From: an uncultured Coriobacteriia bacterium
GTDB lineage: Bacteria; Actinomycetota; Coriobacteriia; Anaerosomatales; JAAXUF01
Length of the DNA: 64,000 nucleotides
Direction of reading: 5' to 3'
NCBI GenBank assembly: GCA_963803785.1
Contig: CAWDNM010000008.1
Coordinates: 35,411 to 99,410 of the forward strand
The position numbers and the translations under genes were made by a program. Each line of letters begins with the position of its first letter. Within the stretch, counting starts at the first letter, position 1. The notes below the pieces were generated by a model, which saw only the letters and a program-made list of their open reading frames with translations, did not search any database and was not told the DNA's origin. Positions 9,341 through 20,039 of this stretch are shown here, one piece after another.

Positions 9341-10700
9341 TTGTTCGATCGCATCCTCATCGCCAACCGTGGCGAAGTCGCACTGCGCGTCATCCGCGCT
9401 GCCAAGGAGATGGGCGTCGAGACCGTCGCCGTCTACTCGGAGGCCGACCGCGACTCGCTTCACGCGCGCATGGCCGACCACGCCGTCTGCATCGGACCGG
9501 CCGCCTCGGCGCTGTCGTACCTGAGCATGCCCAACATCATCTCGGCCGCGCTGCAGACCGGCGCGCAGGCGATTCACCCCGGCTACGGCTTCCTCGCTGA
9601 GAACTCCGCGTTCGCTCGCGCCTGTGCTGACTCCGGTCTCGTCTTCATCGGCCCGTCGCCTGACGCGATCGACCGCATGGGCGACAAGTCGGTCGCTCGA
9701 GAGACGATGATGGCTGCCGGCGTGCCCACCGTTCCTGGCTCCGACGGTGCCGTCGAGAGCTACGAGGAGGCGCTGCGCTTCGCCGAGCAGGTCGGCTTCC
9801 CGGTGCTCATCAAGGCGAGCGCGGGTGGTGGCGGCAAGGGCATGCGCGTCGCCAAGTCCGCCGACGAGCTGCACGCCAACCTCACGGCCGCCAAGACCGA
9901 GGCCGCTGCGGCGTTCGGCAACGACACCGTCTACATCGAGAAGTACCTGCTGCGCCCGCGCCACGTCGAGATGCAGGTGCTCGCCGACACGCACGGCAAC
10001 GCGGTGCACCTCTTCGAGCGCGACTGCTCGATCCAGCGCCGCCACCAGAAGCTCGTCGAGGAGGCCCCCAGCCCCGCGATGACGCCGGAGCTGCGTGCCG
10101 CGATGGGCGAGGCCGCCATGAAGGCGGTTCGTGCCGTCGACTACGTCAACGCCGGCACCGTCGAGTTCCTGCTCGACACCGACGGCAAGTTCTACTTCAT
10201 GGAGATGAACACCCGCGTCCAGGTCGAGCACCCCATCTCCGAGCAGATCACCGGCGTCGACATCATCAAGGAGCAGATCCGCATCGCTTCCGGTGAGCCG
10301 ATGCGCCACACGACGCAGGACAAGATCGAGTGCCGCGGCCACGCGATCGAGTTCCGCATCAACGCCGAGGACCCGGCGCACAACTTCCGTCCGCACCCCG
10401 GCACCATCTCGGTGTTCAACCCGCCGGGCGGCTTCGGCGTGCGCATCGACACCCACGTGTACTCCGGCTACTCGGTGCCGCCGAACTACGATTCGCTGCT
10501 CGGAAAGCTCATCGTGTGGGGCGAGACACGCGACGAGGCCGTCGCCCGAGCACGCCGTGCGCTCGACGAGTTCATCGTGATCGGCATCCCGACCACGATC
10601 CCGTTCCACCAGGCGGTCGTCGAGAATGCGACGTTCCAGAGTGGCGACGTCTATACTGACTTCGTCGAGACCGAGATGAGCGGCGTTCTAAGTCCTGCGC
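9341..10700 (+). CDS. accC: biotin carboxylase (ATP-grasp), apparently intact; 3' end approximate (no in-frame stop before next gene)
   Basis: TTG 9341 after GGAGG gives MFDRILIANRGEVALRVIRAAKEMGVETVAVYSEADRDSLH...GGGGKGMRV...EMNTRVQVEHPISE.... This is a full-length biotin carboxylase. The ORF reads through to 10864, likely from a lost stop. Confidence 0.85.
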
Positions 10701-10720
10701 CGCGGAGGAGAGCGACACGT

Positions 10721-11074
10721 ATGTCTGACGAACTTCGCCTCGAGGGTCTGGGCGTAGCGCCCGGAGTGCTCGACACCATCGTGACCTTTGCCGCCGAGGG
10801 CGTCGAAGGCGTTGCCGCCGTGGGCGCTCCGGCCTCGCGGGCCTCGTGCAGAAGGGTGCCCTGACCAAGGGCTGCCTCACGCGCGGTCGACGTCTGCGTC
10901 GCCGAGGATGGCGCTCTGAGCGCCACGATCCACCTTCAGGTCCTCTACGGCCACAAGCTCAAGGACGTCGCCAACAACGTGCAGGCGGCTGTCGCCGACG
11001 CAGTGTCGAGCCAGGTCGGCGTGAACGTCGCCGCGGTCGATGTCTACGTCGATGGCATCGTCTTCGCCGAGTAG
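10721..11074 (+). CDS. Asp23/Gls24 (YloU/YqhY-like) family protein; 1-2 apparent frameshifts
   Basis: ATG 10721 after GGAGGAG gives MSDELRLEGLGVAPGVLDTIVTFAAEGVEGVAAVG. An alternate frame gives ...DGALSATIHLQVLYGHKLKDVANNVQAAVADAVSSQVGVNVAAVDVYVDGIVFAE*, stopping at 11074. The accC-asp23-nusB order is the classic Gram-positive arrangement. Confidence 0.6.
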
Positions 11075-11081
11075 GACGCCG

Positions 11082-11514
11082 ATGCTCGAACGCAGCAGGG
11101 CGCGCCGTCTGGCGATGCAGATTCTCTACCAGCGCGACATCACCGGCGAGAGCGTGGCGGTGATTCTCGGCACGAAGGCATACTCGGTCGAGGACGGCGA
11201 GCCCGACGACTTCTGCCGGCAGCTCGTCACCGGCGTCGAGGAGCATCTGCCCGAGATCGACGAGACGCATCGGGACGGTCTCGGAGAACTGGTCTGTGTC
11301 GCGCATGCCGCTCGTGGACCGCAACATTCTGCGGCTCGCGACGTACGAGGTGCTCTTCGTCGACGACGTGCCGCCGAGTGTCGCCATCAACGAGGCGGTC
11401 GAACTCGCCAAGGTATTCGGCGGCGAGGACTCCTCGAAGTTCGTGAACGGGGTTCTCGGCAAGATCGCCGAGAGGCATGCGGCCGAAGATGAGAAGGAAC
11501 CAGCCGATGAGTGA
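11082..11514 (+). CDS. nusB: transcription antitermination factor NusB; one apparent frameshift near 11290
   Basis: ATG 11082 gives [23 protein letters not shown].... The C-terminal half in ORF 11296..11514 reads ...[51 protein letters not shown]. Confidence 0.8.
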
Positions 11515-11860
11515 CGAGTCGTACAGCTTCTCGACCGCGCGAGTGCGGCTCGAGGAGATCGTGACCCAGGTCCGCAAGAAGGACACGTCGCTGGAGAAGA
11601 GCCTCGACCTGCTCGAAGAGGGCGTGCGGCTCGCCAACGCGTGCACCGAGCTGATCGACCACGCCGACTGGACGGTCGGCGGCGTGGGTGAACCGGCCGA
11701 GGGCGGAGGACGGCGGCGCGACACGGACTGTCGACGACGGGCGCGCCGACGCCGATGCAGGCGACGAGGAGACGATGCCGGACGACGCGCGCGCGAGGCG
11801 CCCGAAGTGCGACGGCGTTGTCGCGACGACGCGTCCGATGCGCCCGACGACGAGGCGTAG
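11507..11860 (+). CDS. xseB: exodeoxyribonuclease VII small subunit-like; C-terminal ~35 codons are Arg-rich and probably off-frame
   Basis: ATG 11507 gives [54 protein letters not shown], which matches the XseB helical-hairpin pattern (LEEIV..L...SLE.SL.L.EEGV.L...C). It overlaps the nusB stop by 8 nt. Confidence 0.5.
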   Translation: MSDESYSFSTARVRLEEIVTQVRKKDTSLEKSLDLLEEGVRLANACTELIDHADWTVGGVGEPAEGGGRRRDTDCRRRARRRRCRRRGDDAGRRAREAPEVRRRCRDDASDAPDDEA

Positions 11861-11971
11861 CAAACCGCTGTTCGCGGGTACGTTCCGCGTTGTCCCGCAG
11901 CCTGTGGGCGCAGTATGCTCGACATGGTTCATGCAATCCGCACCGGACTCGATGCGTGACTGACGGAAGAG

Positions 11972-13905
11972 ATGGGGCTCGTGCCCGAACGAATTCTCGA
12001 CTCCATACAAGCGCCGTGCGACATCAAGGGCCTGACGCAGGCCGAGCTCGCGCAGCTGGCCGACGAGATCCGCACCGAACTCGTGACCACGGTCTCGAAG
12101 ACGGGCGGTCACTTGGCACCCAACCTCGGCGCGGTCGAGCTGACGCTCGGCATCCACCGCGCGCTCGACTGCCCTCGCGACCGCATCATCTTCGACGTCG
12201 GGCACCAGTCCTACGTCCACAAGCTCCTCACCGGACGTCTCGAGCGCTTCTCGACGCTGCGGCAGTACGGCGGCGTGTGCGGCTTCCCCAAGCGCAGCGA
12301 GAGCCCGTACGACTCCTTCGACACCGGTCACGCGTCGGACTCGCTGTCGGTCGCACTCGGGCTCGCTCGTGCGCGCGAGGCGCAGGGCGAGCGACGAGAC
12401 GGTGCGTCGTCGTCATCGGCGACGGGTCGATGACGGGCGGGATGGCGTTCGAGGCGCTCAACCACATCGGGCATCTCGGCACGCCGCTGGTGATCGTGCT
12501 CAACGACAACGAGATGTCGATCTCCGAGAACGTCGGCGCGCTGGCGAGCTATCTGGCCCGTGTGCGTCTGGACCCCCGCTACAACCGGCTGCGCGACGGC
12601 GTCGAGACCAAGCTCGCGACCACCAACGTGGGGCGCGTCGATGGTCGAGTTCGGCGAGGCCGTGAAGGGCTCGTTCAAGCAGCTGGTCGTGCCGGGCATG
12701 CTCTTCGAGGAGCTCGGGCTGAAGTACGTCGGCCCCATCGACGGCCACGACATCGCGCAGGTGCAGGAAGCGGTCGAGCGAGCCAAGACCTCCGACGGCC
12801 CGGTCATCATCCACGCGGTGACGCGCAAGGGCGCCGGCTACGTGCACGCCGAGGATTCGCCGGACGCGTTCCACGGCATCGCGCCGTTCTCGATCGAGAC
12901 GGGCAAGGCGCACAGCAAGCCCGGTGCGCCCATCAGCTTCACCGAGGCGTTCTCGCAGGCTCTGGTCGCCGAGGCGGCCGACAACGACCGCATCGTCGCG
13001 ATCACGGCGGCGATGCCGTCCGGCACCGGGCTCGACCTGCTTCGCCGAGACCTACCCCGAGCGCTTCTACGACGTCGGCATCGCCGAGGAGCACGCCGTC
13101 GGCATGGCCGCCGGCCTCGCGCTCGGCGGCATGCTCCCGGTCGTCGCGGTGTACTCGACGTTCGTGCAGCGGGCCTACGACCAGATGATCATGGACGTCG
13201 CGCTGCAGAACCTGCACGTCGTGTTCTGCCTCGACCGCGCGGGACTCGTGGGCGAGGACGGCCCGACGCACCACGGCGTGTTCGATCTCACCTACCTGCG
13301 CTCGATCCCGAACATGATGCTGCTCGCACCGGCCGACGAGGCCGAGCTCGCCGAAGCGCTGCACACCGCGCTCGTCGCCGATGGACCGGTCGCGATCCGC
13401 TACCCGCGCGGTGCCGGCAGCGGCGTTGAGATGCCCGCCTCGCCCGCCACGTGGGATGCGGGCCGCGCGCAGGTTCGTCGCACCGGCAGCGATGTCGCGC
13501 TGCTCGCGGTCGGCCGCATGGTCGGCACGGCCGAGGAAGCCGCCGCAGATGCTCGAGGCCAAGGGCGTCTCGGCGAGTGTCGTCAACGCGCGCTGGGTCA
13601 AGCCGCTCGACTTCGAGACCGTCTCGTGGGCGGCGACCAACCACCGGCTCGTCGTGACCATCGAGGAGAACACCGGCATGGGTGGGTTCGGCGCGGCGGT
13701 GTGCGAGGCGCTCGCCGACATGGACCTCCAGGTGCCGATCCTGCGACTCGCGGTGCCCGACTGCTTCGTGCACGCACGGCGCCATGAGCAAGCTCCTCTC
13801 GGACGTCGGGCTGACTCCGGAGGGCGTGAGCACGGCGGTTCTCGGCAGGCTCGAGGACGTGCCGGCCGCCGGCTCGTCCGGCTCGCTCTCGGAAGGGGAG
13901 ACGAG
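11972..13905 (+). CDS. dxs: 1-deoxy-D-xylulose-5-phosphate synthase; >=6 apparent frameshifts, 3' end approximate
   Basis: Fragments found in order: 11972..12433 ([13 protein letters not shown]...[13 protein letters not shown]), 11755-frame ([19 protein letters not shown]), 12560..13429, 12924..13787 ([29 protein letters not shown]...), 13381..13908, 13682..13939. Together they give a ~640 aa DXS. Confidence 0.8.
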
Positions 13906-14653
13906 TGACGCGGCGCCGCATCGACGTCGTTCTGGTTGATCGCGGGTTCTTCGCCTCGCGCGAGCGGGCGCAGGGCGGCCGTGCTCGCGGGTGACGTACG
14001 CGTGGGTGGCGAGGTCGTGACCAAGGCCGGGCACGCCATCGACGAGGACGCCGCCATCGAAGTCGCCGAGAAGCAGCGGTTCGTTTCGCGCGGGGGAGAG
14101 AAGCTCTTCGGCGCGCTCGAGGACTTCGGCATCGACGTGACCGGGATGCGGGCGATCGACGTGGGTGCGTCCACCGGTGGCTTCACCGACTGCCTGCTCC
14201 AGCGCGGTGCGGCGAGCGTGGTCGCGGTCGACGTCGGCTACGGGCAGCTCGCTTGGTCGCTTCGTACGGATCCGCGGGTGAGCGGTGTTCGAGCGGCTCA
14301 ACATCCGCGCAGCCGACCCCGCCGAGCTGGGCGCGCCGTTCGATCTCGTGGTCATCGACGTGTCGTTCATCTCATTGCGCGTGGTGCTGCCGCATCTTCT
14401 CGCGCTTCTGGGTCCGGAGGCGCATCTCGTCGCGCTGGTTAAGCCCCAGTTTGAAGCCGGTAAGGGCCGTGTGGGAAAACGGGGCGTGGTGAAAGACCCC
14501 GAGGTACACGAGGACGTGGTGCGCGCTGCCGTCGAGGCCGCCGAAGAGGGCGGGCTCGTCGTGCGCGGGCTGACGTACTCGCCCATCAAGGGTCCGGAGG
14601 GTAACATCGAGTTCTGGATGTGGGCTGCTCGCTCAGGCGAGCCACCGCCGTGA
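13906..14653 (+). CDS. tlyA: TlyA-family rRNA 2'-O-ribose methyltransferase (hemolysin A-like); 2 apparent frameshifts
   Basis: GTG 13906 after GGAAGGGGAG gives [23 protein letters not shown], an S4-like start. It continues as ...[23 protein letters not shown]...[43 protein letters not shown]. The last fragment 14285..14653 reads ...VIDVSFISL...LVKPQFEAG.... Confidence 0.8.
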
Positions 14654-14703
14654 CCGCTGAGGCGGTCGTCGCGCTCGCCCACGAGAAGCTGGGAGGATAA
14701 CCG

Positions 14704-15555
14704 TTGCGCGTTCTGCTCGTACCGAACACGCTCAACCCCGCCGCGGTCAACGCGACGGTCGAACTTGCGACGTGGCTCGCAGGGCAGGGGTTCACGCCCG
14801 TGCTTGCGAACGACGACGCCGTTGGGCGTCGGGCTGCGCGGACTACGGCGTAGCGCCCTCCGACATCGGCGAACCCGTGCTCGTCGTGGCACTCGGCGGT
14901 GACGGGACGATTCTCAAGGCGGTCCACCTGCTCGGCGAGGTGGAGGTGCCGGTTCTCGGCGTGAAGTTCGGGCGGCTCGGGTTCCTGTCGGGGGCTTCGG
15001 CGGGATCGATGCGAGAAGCGGTGGGCACGGCGCTCGGCGGGAGAGGCGAGCATCGAGCGCCGCGCCACGCTCAAGGCCGAGGTGGTCATGGATGGCAGGG
15101 TCGTCGGCTCGTACAGGGCGCTCAACGAGGTCGTCGTCTCGCGCGGAGCGTCTCCGCGTGTTGTCGCCTTCGAGCTGCTCATCGACGATCATCAGGTCGC
15201 GCGGCTTCGCGCCGACGGCATGATCGTCGCCACCGCGACCGGATCGACCGCCTACGCGTTGTCGGCGGGGGGTCCTATCGTCGCGCCCGGGTTTGGCGGC
15301 CTCGTCGTCGTGCCCGTGGCCGCGCACACCCTCAACGCGCGTCCGATCGTCACCGAAGCTCACGAAGTCATCGAGATCGTGCTGCCCGACCCGTCGCGCG
15401 CCGAGGCATGCCTCATCGTGGATGGCGAGCTCGTTCCGTGCCGCCGCACGATCGACCGCGTGACGGTCACGCGCGCCAGCCACGACGTCCTGCTCGTCAA
15501 GCTCGACGGGCGGCACTTCTACGATACCGTCGCCGGCGAGTTCTTCGGGGGCTGA
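14704..15555 (+). CDS. ppnK: NAD kinase; 2 apparent frameshifts
   Basis: TTG 14704 after GGGAGGATAA gives LRVLLVPNTL.... The GGDGT motif appears in ...GEPVLVVALGGDGTILKAV. ORF 15082..15555 reads ...MIVATATGSTAYALSAGGPIV.... This gene sits 2 nt before recN. Confidence 0.8.
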
Positions 15556-15556
15556 C

Positions 15557-17190
15557 GTGCTCGAAGAACTCCACGTCCGCGACCTCGCGCTCATCAAGGA
15601 GGCCTGGCTCGAGTTCGGGCCCGGCATGACCGTGCTGACCGGTGAGACCGGGGCGGGCAAGACGGCGCTGCTCGGCGCTCTCAAGCTGCTTCTCGGCGAG
15701 CGAGCTGACTCCACCGCTGTTCGCGCCGGGTGCGCCGGAGGCGGCGGTCGAAGGCCGCTTCCTCGCCGGCGGCGAAGAGCTGATCGCGAAGCGCAGGGTC
15801 AGCGCCGACGGCCGCAGCCGCTGCACGCTCGATGACGAGATGGCGACGGTCGGTGCGCTGGCCGAGCGCGTCGGGCCGCTCGTCGACCTCCACGGGCAGC
15901 ACGAGCACCAGGCGCTTCTCTCGGCGGCCACGCACGTCGGCTATCTCGACAGGCGTGCCGGCGAGCCTGCCGCCACCGCGCTGTGCGCATACCGCGACGC
16001 TCGAGCGGCCTACCGGGCCGCCGTCGACGCTGCGCGACACGCTCGCGAACCGACTCGCCGAGGCCGCAAAGAACGCGGACTATCTCCGATTCGTCGCCGA
16101 TGAGATCGGCCGAGTCGATCCGCAGCTCGACGAGGATGCCGCACTCGAGGCGCGCCTGCCCGCGCTCCAGCATGGCGAGCGACTCGCTGAGGCCGCCGGA
16201 GACGCCACGCAACTGCTCCGTGGCGATGGGGGCGCACTGGATCGCATCGCCGAAGCGTCGGCCGCCCTCGCGAAGGTCGCGGGAATCGATCCGGCACTCG
16301 ACGAGCTTGCGGCGCGGCTGAAGGACGTAGTCGGCACTGGGGGAGGACGTCTCCGCGGAGACTCGCGCATACCGGGACCGCATCGAGCACGACCCGGTGG
16401 CTCTCGATGTGGTGCTCTCACGGCTTTCGGCGCTCTCCGGGCTGATGAAGAAGTACGGTCCGCGGCTCGAAGACGTCTTGGCCGCGCGGGCCGAGGCGCT
16501 GGAGGCTCTTGCCGTGCACGATGCCGGCGAAGAGGCCATGAGCGTCTGCCGAGGAGGCGGTGCTGGCGAGCGAACGGGTGCTGCGAGACGCGGCAGACGC
16601 GCTTGCGGCCGTTCGTGAGGCCTCCGCCCCCGAGTTCGTCGAAGCGCTGGCCTGCGGCAGTCGGCGACCTCGCGATGGGCGGCACGCGCTTCGAGGTCTC
16701 CATCACCGTGCTGCCGTTCGACTCGTGGACGGCCGACGGCTCTCAGCGCATCGAGTTCCTCTACGCGCCGGCGCGCATCGCAGCCTGCCCGTCCGCTGGC
16801 GCGCATCGCTTCAGGAGGCGAGCTCTCGCGCGTGATGCTGGCGCTCAAGGGGGTTCTCGGCGAGGCCGACACGGTCGAGACGCTGGTGTTCGACGAGATC
16901 GACGCGGGAGTCGGCGGTGCGACCGCCACTGCGGTCGGGCGCCGTCTTGCGGAGCTCGCGCGCGGTCGACAGGTCATCGTGGTCACCCACCTCGCACAGG
17001 TCGCGGCCTTCGCCGATGCGCAGCTGGTCGTGGCAAGGACACTCGCGACGCCGACGAGGTCACCACGTCGGTCGTTGCCGTCGAGGGCGAAGACGCGCGT
17101 GGCCGAGATCGCGCGCATGCTTTCGGGCAACGATTCCGAGGCGAGCCTGGCGCACGCACGCGAGCTTCTCGGCGGGCGCGCTGCGGCTAG
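15557..17190 (+). CDS. recN: DNA repair protein RecN (SMC-like ATPase); >=6 apparent frameshifts, 3' end approximate
   Basis: GTG 15557 gives MLEELHVRDLALIKEAWLEFGPGMTVLTGETGAGKTALLGALKLLLGERAD (Walker A). Coiled-coil fragments lie in frames 15642, 15832, 16397 and 16560. The C-terminal ABC signature region in ORF 16832.. reads ...LVFDEIDAGVGG...VIVVTHLAQVAAFAD.... Confidence 0.8.
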
Positions 17191-17318
17191 GTGCGCTGAA
17201 GACGTGTCGGCCGCGGTCGGCCGAGGCGCGCCGTGTGGTAGCATTCGCTGTTGGTATTCCGCTCGTGCGCGAGCGTGTTTCTGCGGCACGATTCCGTGCC
17301 CGACGACCCGGGAGTCGA

Positions 17319-18442
17319 ATGCGCCACCAGGGCATCGCACGCATCGACAAACGGACCAAGGACCTCACCAAGCGCCTCGGTCCTGAGGACGTCGCCATCA
17401 TCGACCATGTCGACATGGATCGGGTGAGCGCCGAGGGGCTCATCGAGACCGGCGTCGAGGTCGTCGTCAATGCCGCGCCGTCGATCTCCGGCGCGTACCC
17501 CAACGTCGGTCCGCTCCTGCTGGCGCGTGCGGGTGTGACGCTCATCGACGACGCTGGACCAGCGGTCTTCGAGCGCCTGCGCGAGGGCGATGCGGTCGAG
17601 GTCGTCGGCGATGACATCATCAAGGACGGCCAGCTCATCGCCCACGGCACGCGGCTGTCGACCCAAGACATCGAGGCGAAGATGGAGGCCGCCAAGGCCG
17701 GCCTCGGCGACCAGCTCGACCGGTTCGCGCGCAACACGATCGAGTACCTCGAGCGCGAGCAGTCGCTCCTCACCGACGACATGTGGGTACCCAAGACGAA
17801 GGTGTCGCTGCACGGGCGCCACGTGCTCGTGGTCGTGCGCGGCTACGACTTCAAGGCCGACCTCTCAGGCGCTCAGGCCCTACATCCGAGAGATGCGTCC
17901 GGTTCTGGTCGGCGTCGACGGCGGGGCCGACGCGATCGCGGAGGCGGGCTTCACTCCCGACATCATCGTCGGCGACATGGACTCCGTGAGCGATAGCGTC
18001 CTGAGAGGCCGGCGCGCAGCTCATCGTCCACGCGTACGCCGACGGTCGCGCGCCCGGTATGGAGCGGCTCGATTCGCTCGGTCTTGAAGGCTCGACGTGG
18101 CCGCTTGCCGCGACGAGCGAGGACCTCGCGCTCCTGCTCGCGTGGGAGTCAGGCGCCGACCTCATCGTCGCGGTGGGCACGCACGCCAACCTCGTCGAGT
18201 ACCTCGACAAGGGCCGCAAGGGTATGGCGTCGACCTTCCTCGTGCGACTCAAGGTCGGACCGAAGCTCGTGGACGCCAAGGGCGTGAACAAGCTCTACCG
18301 GGCGTCGATCGGCCCGACGCAGCTGCTCCCGATCGTGCTGGCAGCCCTCGCGGTCGTGACCGCGGTACTGCTCATCTCGCCGTTCGCCCGCTCGTACCTT
18401 GAGCTGATCGTGTTGCGTGTCCAGACCTGGTTCGGGGCGTAG
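17319..18442 (+). CDS. steA: SteA-like cytokinetic-ring associated protein (thiamine pyrophosphokinase-like catalytic domain + C-terminal TM); 2 apparent frameshifts
   Basis: ATG 17319 gives MRHQGIARIDKRTKDLTKRLGPEDVAIIDHVDMDRVSAEGLIETGVEVVVNAAPSISG...; the gene ends with a TM helix ...LLPIVLAALAVVTAVLLISPF... and stops at 18442. The recN-steA-steB order is the actinobacterial arrangement. Confidence 0.7.
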
Positions 18443-18471
18443 ACGTCCCCTTCAGTAGGAGCTGTTCGCCG

Positions 18472-19248
18472 ATGTACAACATCCGATACCACATCGCCTC
18501 TCTCGTCGCCGTGTTCCTGGCGCTCGCGCTCGGTCTCGTGCTCGGAGGCCTCGTGGTCCAGCAGGGCAGCTTCTCCAAGCAGCAGAAGGCGCTTGTCGGG
18601 AGCCTCCAGCGGGACTTCAAGAAGCTCAAGAGCGAGAACACCCGTCTGAAGGCCGAGATCCGCGTGCAGAGCGGCTTCTCCGAGCAGATGACAAGCGCAT
18701 GGGCGAAGGATCGCCTCGCAGGTCACTCCGTCGTGATCCTCACCAGCGGCGCCGAGAAGGAAGGCGGCGCAGCTGCGGTCGAGGCGGTGAAGGCCGCCGG
18801 GGGAACCCCCGTCGTCGTCAAGCTCGTCAACCGCGAGTTCGGGGTGAACAACGACAAGGTCGTCGAGGTCATACGGTCGGTTGTCGAAACCTCAGGCGAC
18901 GTGCGAAGCTGCGGTGGTCGCGAGCTTGACCGCCGAGTGGACGACGCGCCGATACACCACGGCCACTCACGGATGCGCTGATCAAGGTCGGCGCCATCAG
19001 AGGTGACGGGAATGGAACCGTCAGTCGCAGCCACCGACCTTGTGACCACGCCGCCTTCGCGAAGCAGCCCGATGAGCGTCGCGCTCGACATCGCTCGCGC
19101 GTACGCGGACGCGGGCTACTACGCGATCGGAGCCCAGACACCCACGAGCTCCGACCGGCGTGGCGCCCGCCGCCGTCGCGCGGCGGCTCTCGGCATTCGA
19201 CACGCTCGGGAACTCAGCCGGGACGCTTCACGCTCATCGCGCTCCTGA
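18472..19248 (+). CDS. steB: SteB/MctB-like membrane protein; 2 apparent frameshifts, extent uncertain
   Basis: ATG 18472 after AGGAG gives MYNIRYHIASLVAVFLALALGLVLGGLVVQQG (N-terminal TM), then a coiled segment KLKSENTRLKAEIRVQ. Downstream fragments reach ~19248. Confidence 0.5.
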
Positions 19249-19325
19249 GCGGGGGAGAGCAAGGCTACTTCGGTCTGAACCGAGAACGCCGTGAAGCCCT
19301 ATCCCGGCGGTGCCGTAGGAGCCGG

Positions 19326-20036
19326 CTAGCGCCAGTCGGTCTCGGCTGCGCGCACCGGCGCCGGCTGCCGAGACAGCCGCATCAGTGCGATGGCCACGTG
19401 CACGAACTGCTTGCCCCGGTGCACGAAGCCCGCGACGTCTCGACCGGTTGCAGCGTGCGCCATCGTCGTCGGGACCTCGGTCAGCCGGAACCCCGCGCGC
19501 AGCGCGCGAATCGTGAGTCCCACCTCGACGCCGTATCCCGCCATGAACGGCCGCACCGTCGCGAGACACTCGCGAGTGAGCGCGCGCTGGCCCGAGAGGG
19601 GCGCGGTCGCATCGAACGCGCCGCCGTAGCGGGCGATGCCCCAGCGGGCGAGGTTCATGACCAGCCCGAAACCCGCCTTGCCCGGCCGGCTGCGGAAACG
19701 TCGCGATCGTCATGTCAGCCTCGCCTGCGAGTAGCGGGGCCAGGAGCAGTTCGGCCTGGCTCGCGGTCGTCGCCGAGGTCGCCGTCGAGCAGAAGCACGA
19801 TGTCGGCGTTCTCGATGCGCTTCGCGCCCGCCTCGAGCGCGCCGCCCTTGCCCGCGTTGCCGAACATGCGCACGACCTTGGCCCCGGCCGCTCGGCGAGC
19901 ATCGCGGTGTCGTCCTCGCTGTCGTCGTCGACCACGACGACGCGCGTCACTCCTTCGATGCGAGCGCGCAGCTTCGGACGGTGGCAGCGATGTCGTCGGC
20001 TTCGTTGTGAGCGGGAATGAGGACGGCGATGTCCAC
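19326..20036 (-). CDS. family 2 glycosyltransferase (DPM1/GT2-like); 2 apparent frameshifts
   Basis: On the minus strand, GTG at 20036 gives VDIAVLIPAHNEADDIAATV.... Fragments read ...VTRVVVVDDDSEDDTAMLAERAGAKVVRMFGNAGKGGALEAGA...ADIVLLLDGDLGDD.... The C-terminal ORF 19326..19658 reads ...RYGGAFDATAPLSGQRALTRECL.... Confidence 0.6.
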
Positions 20037-20039
20037 GCG

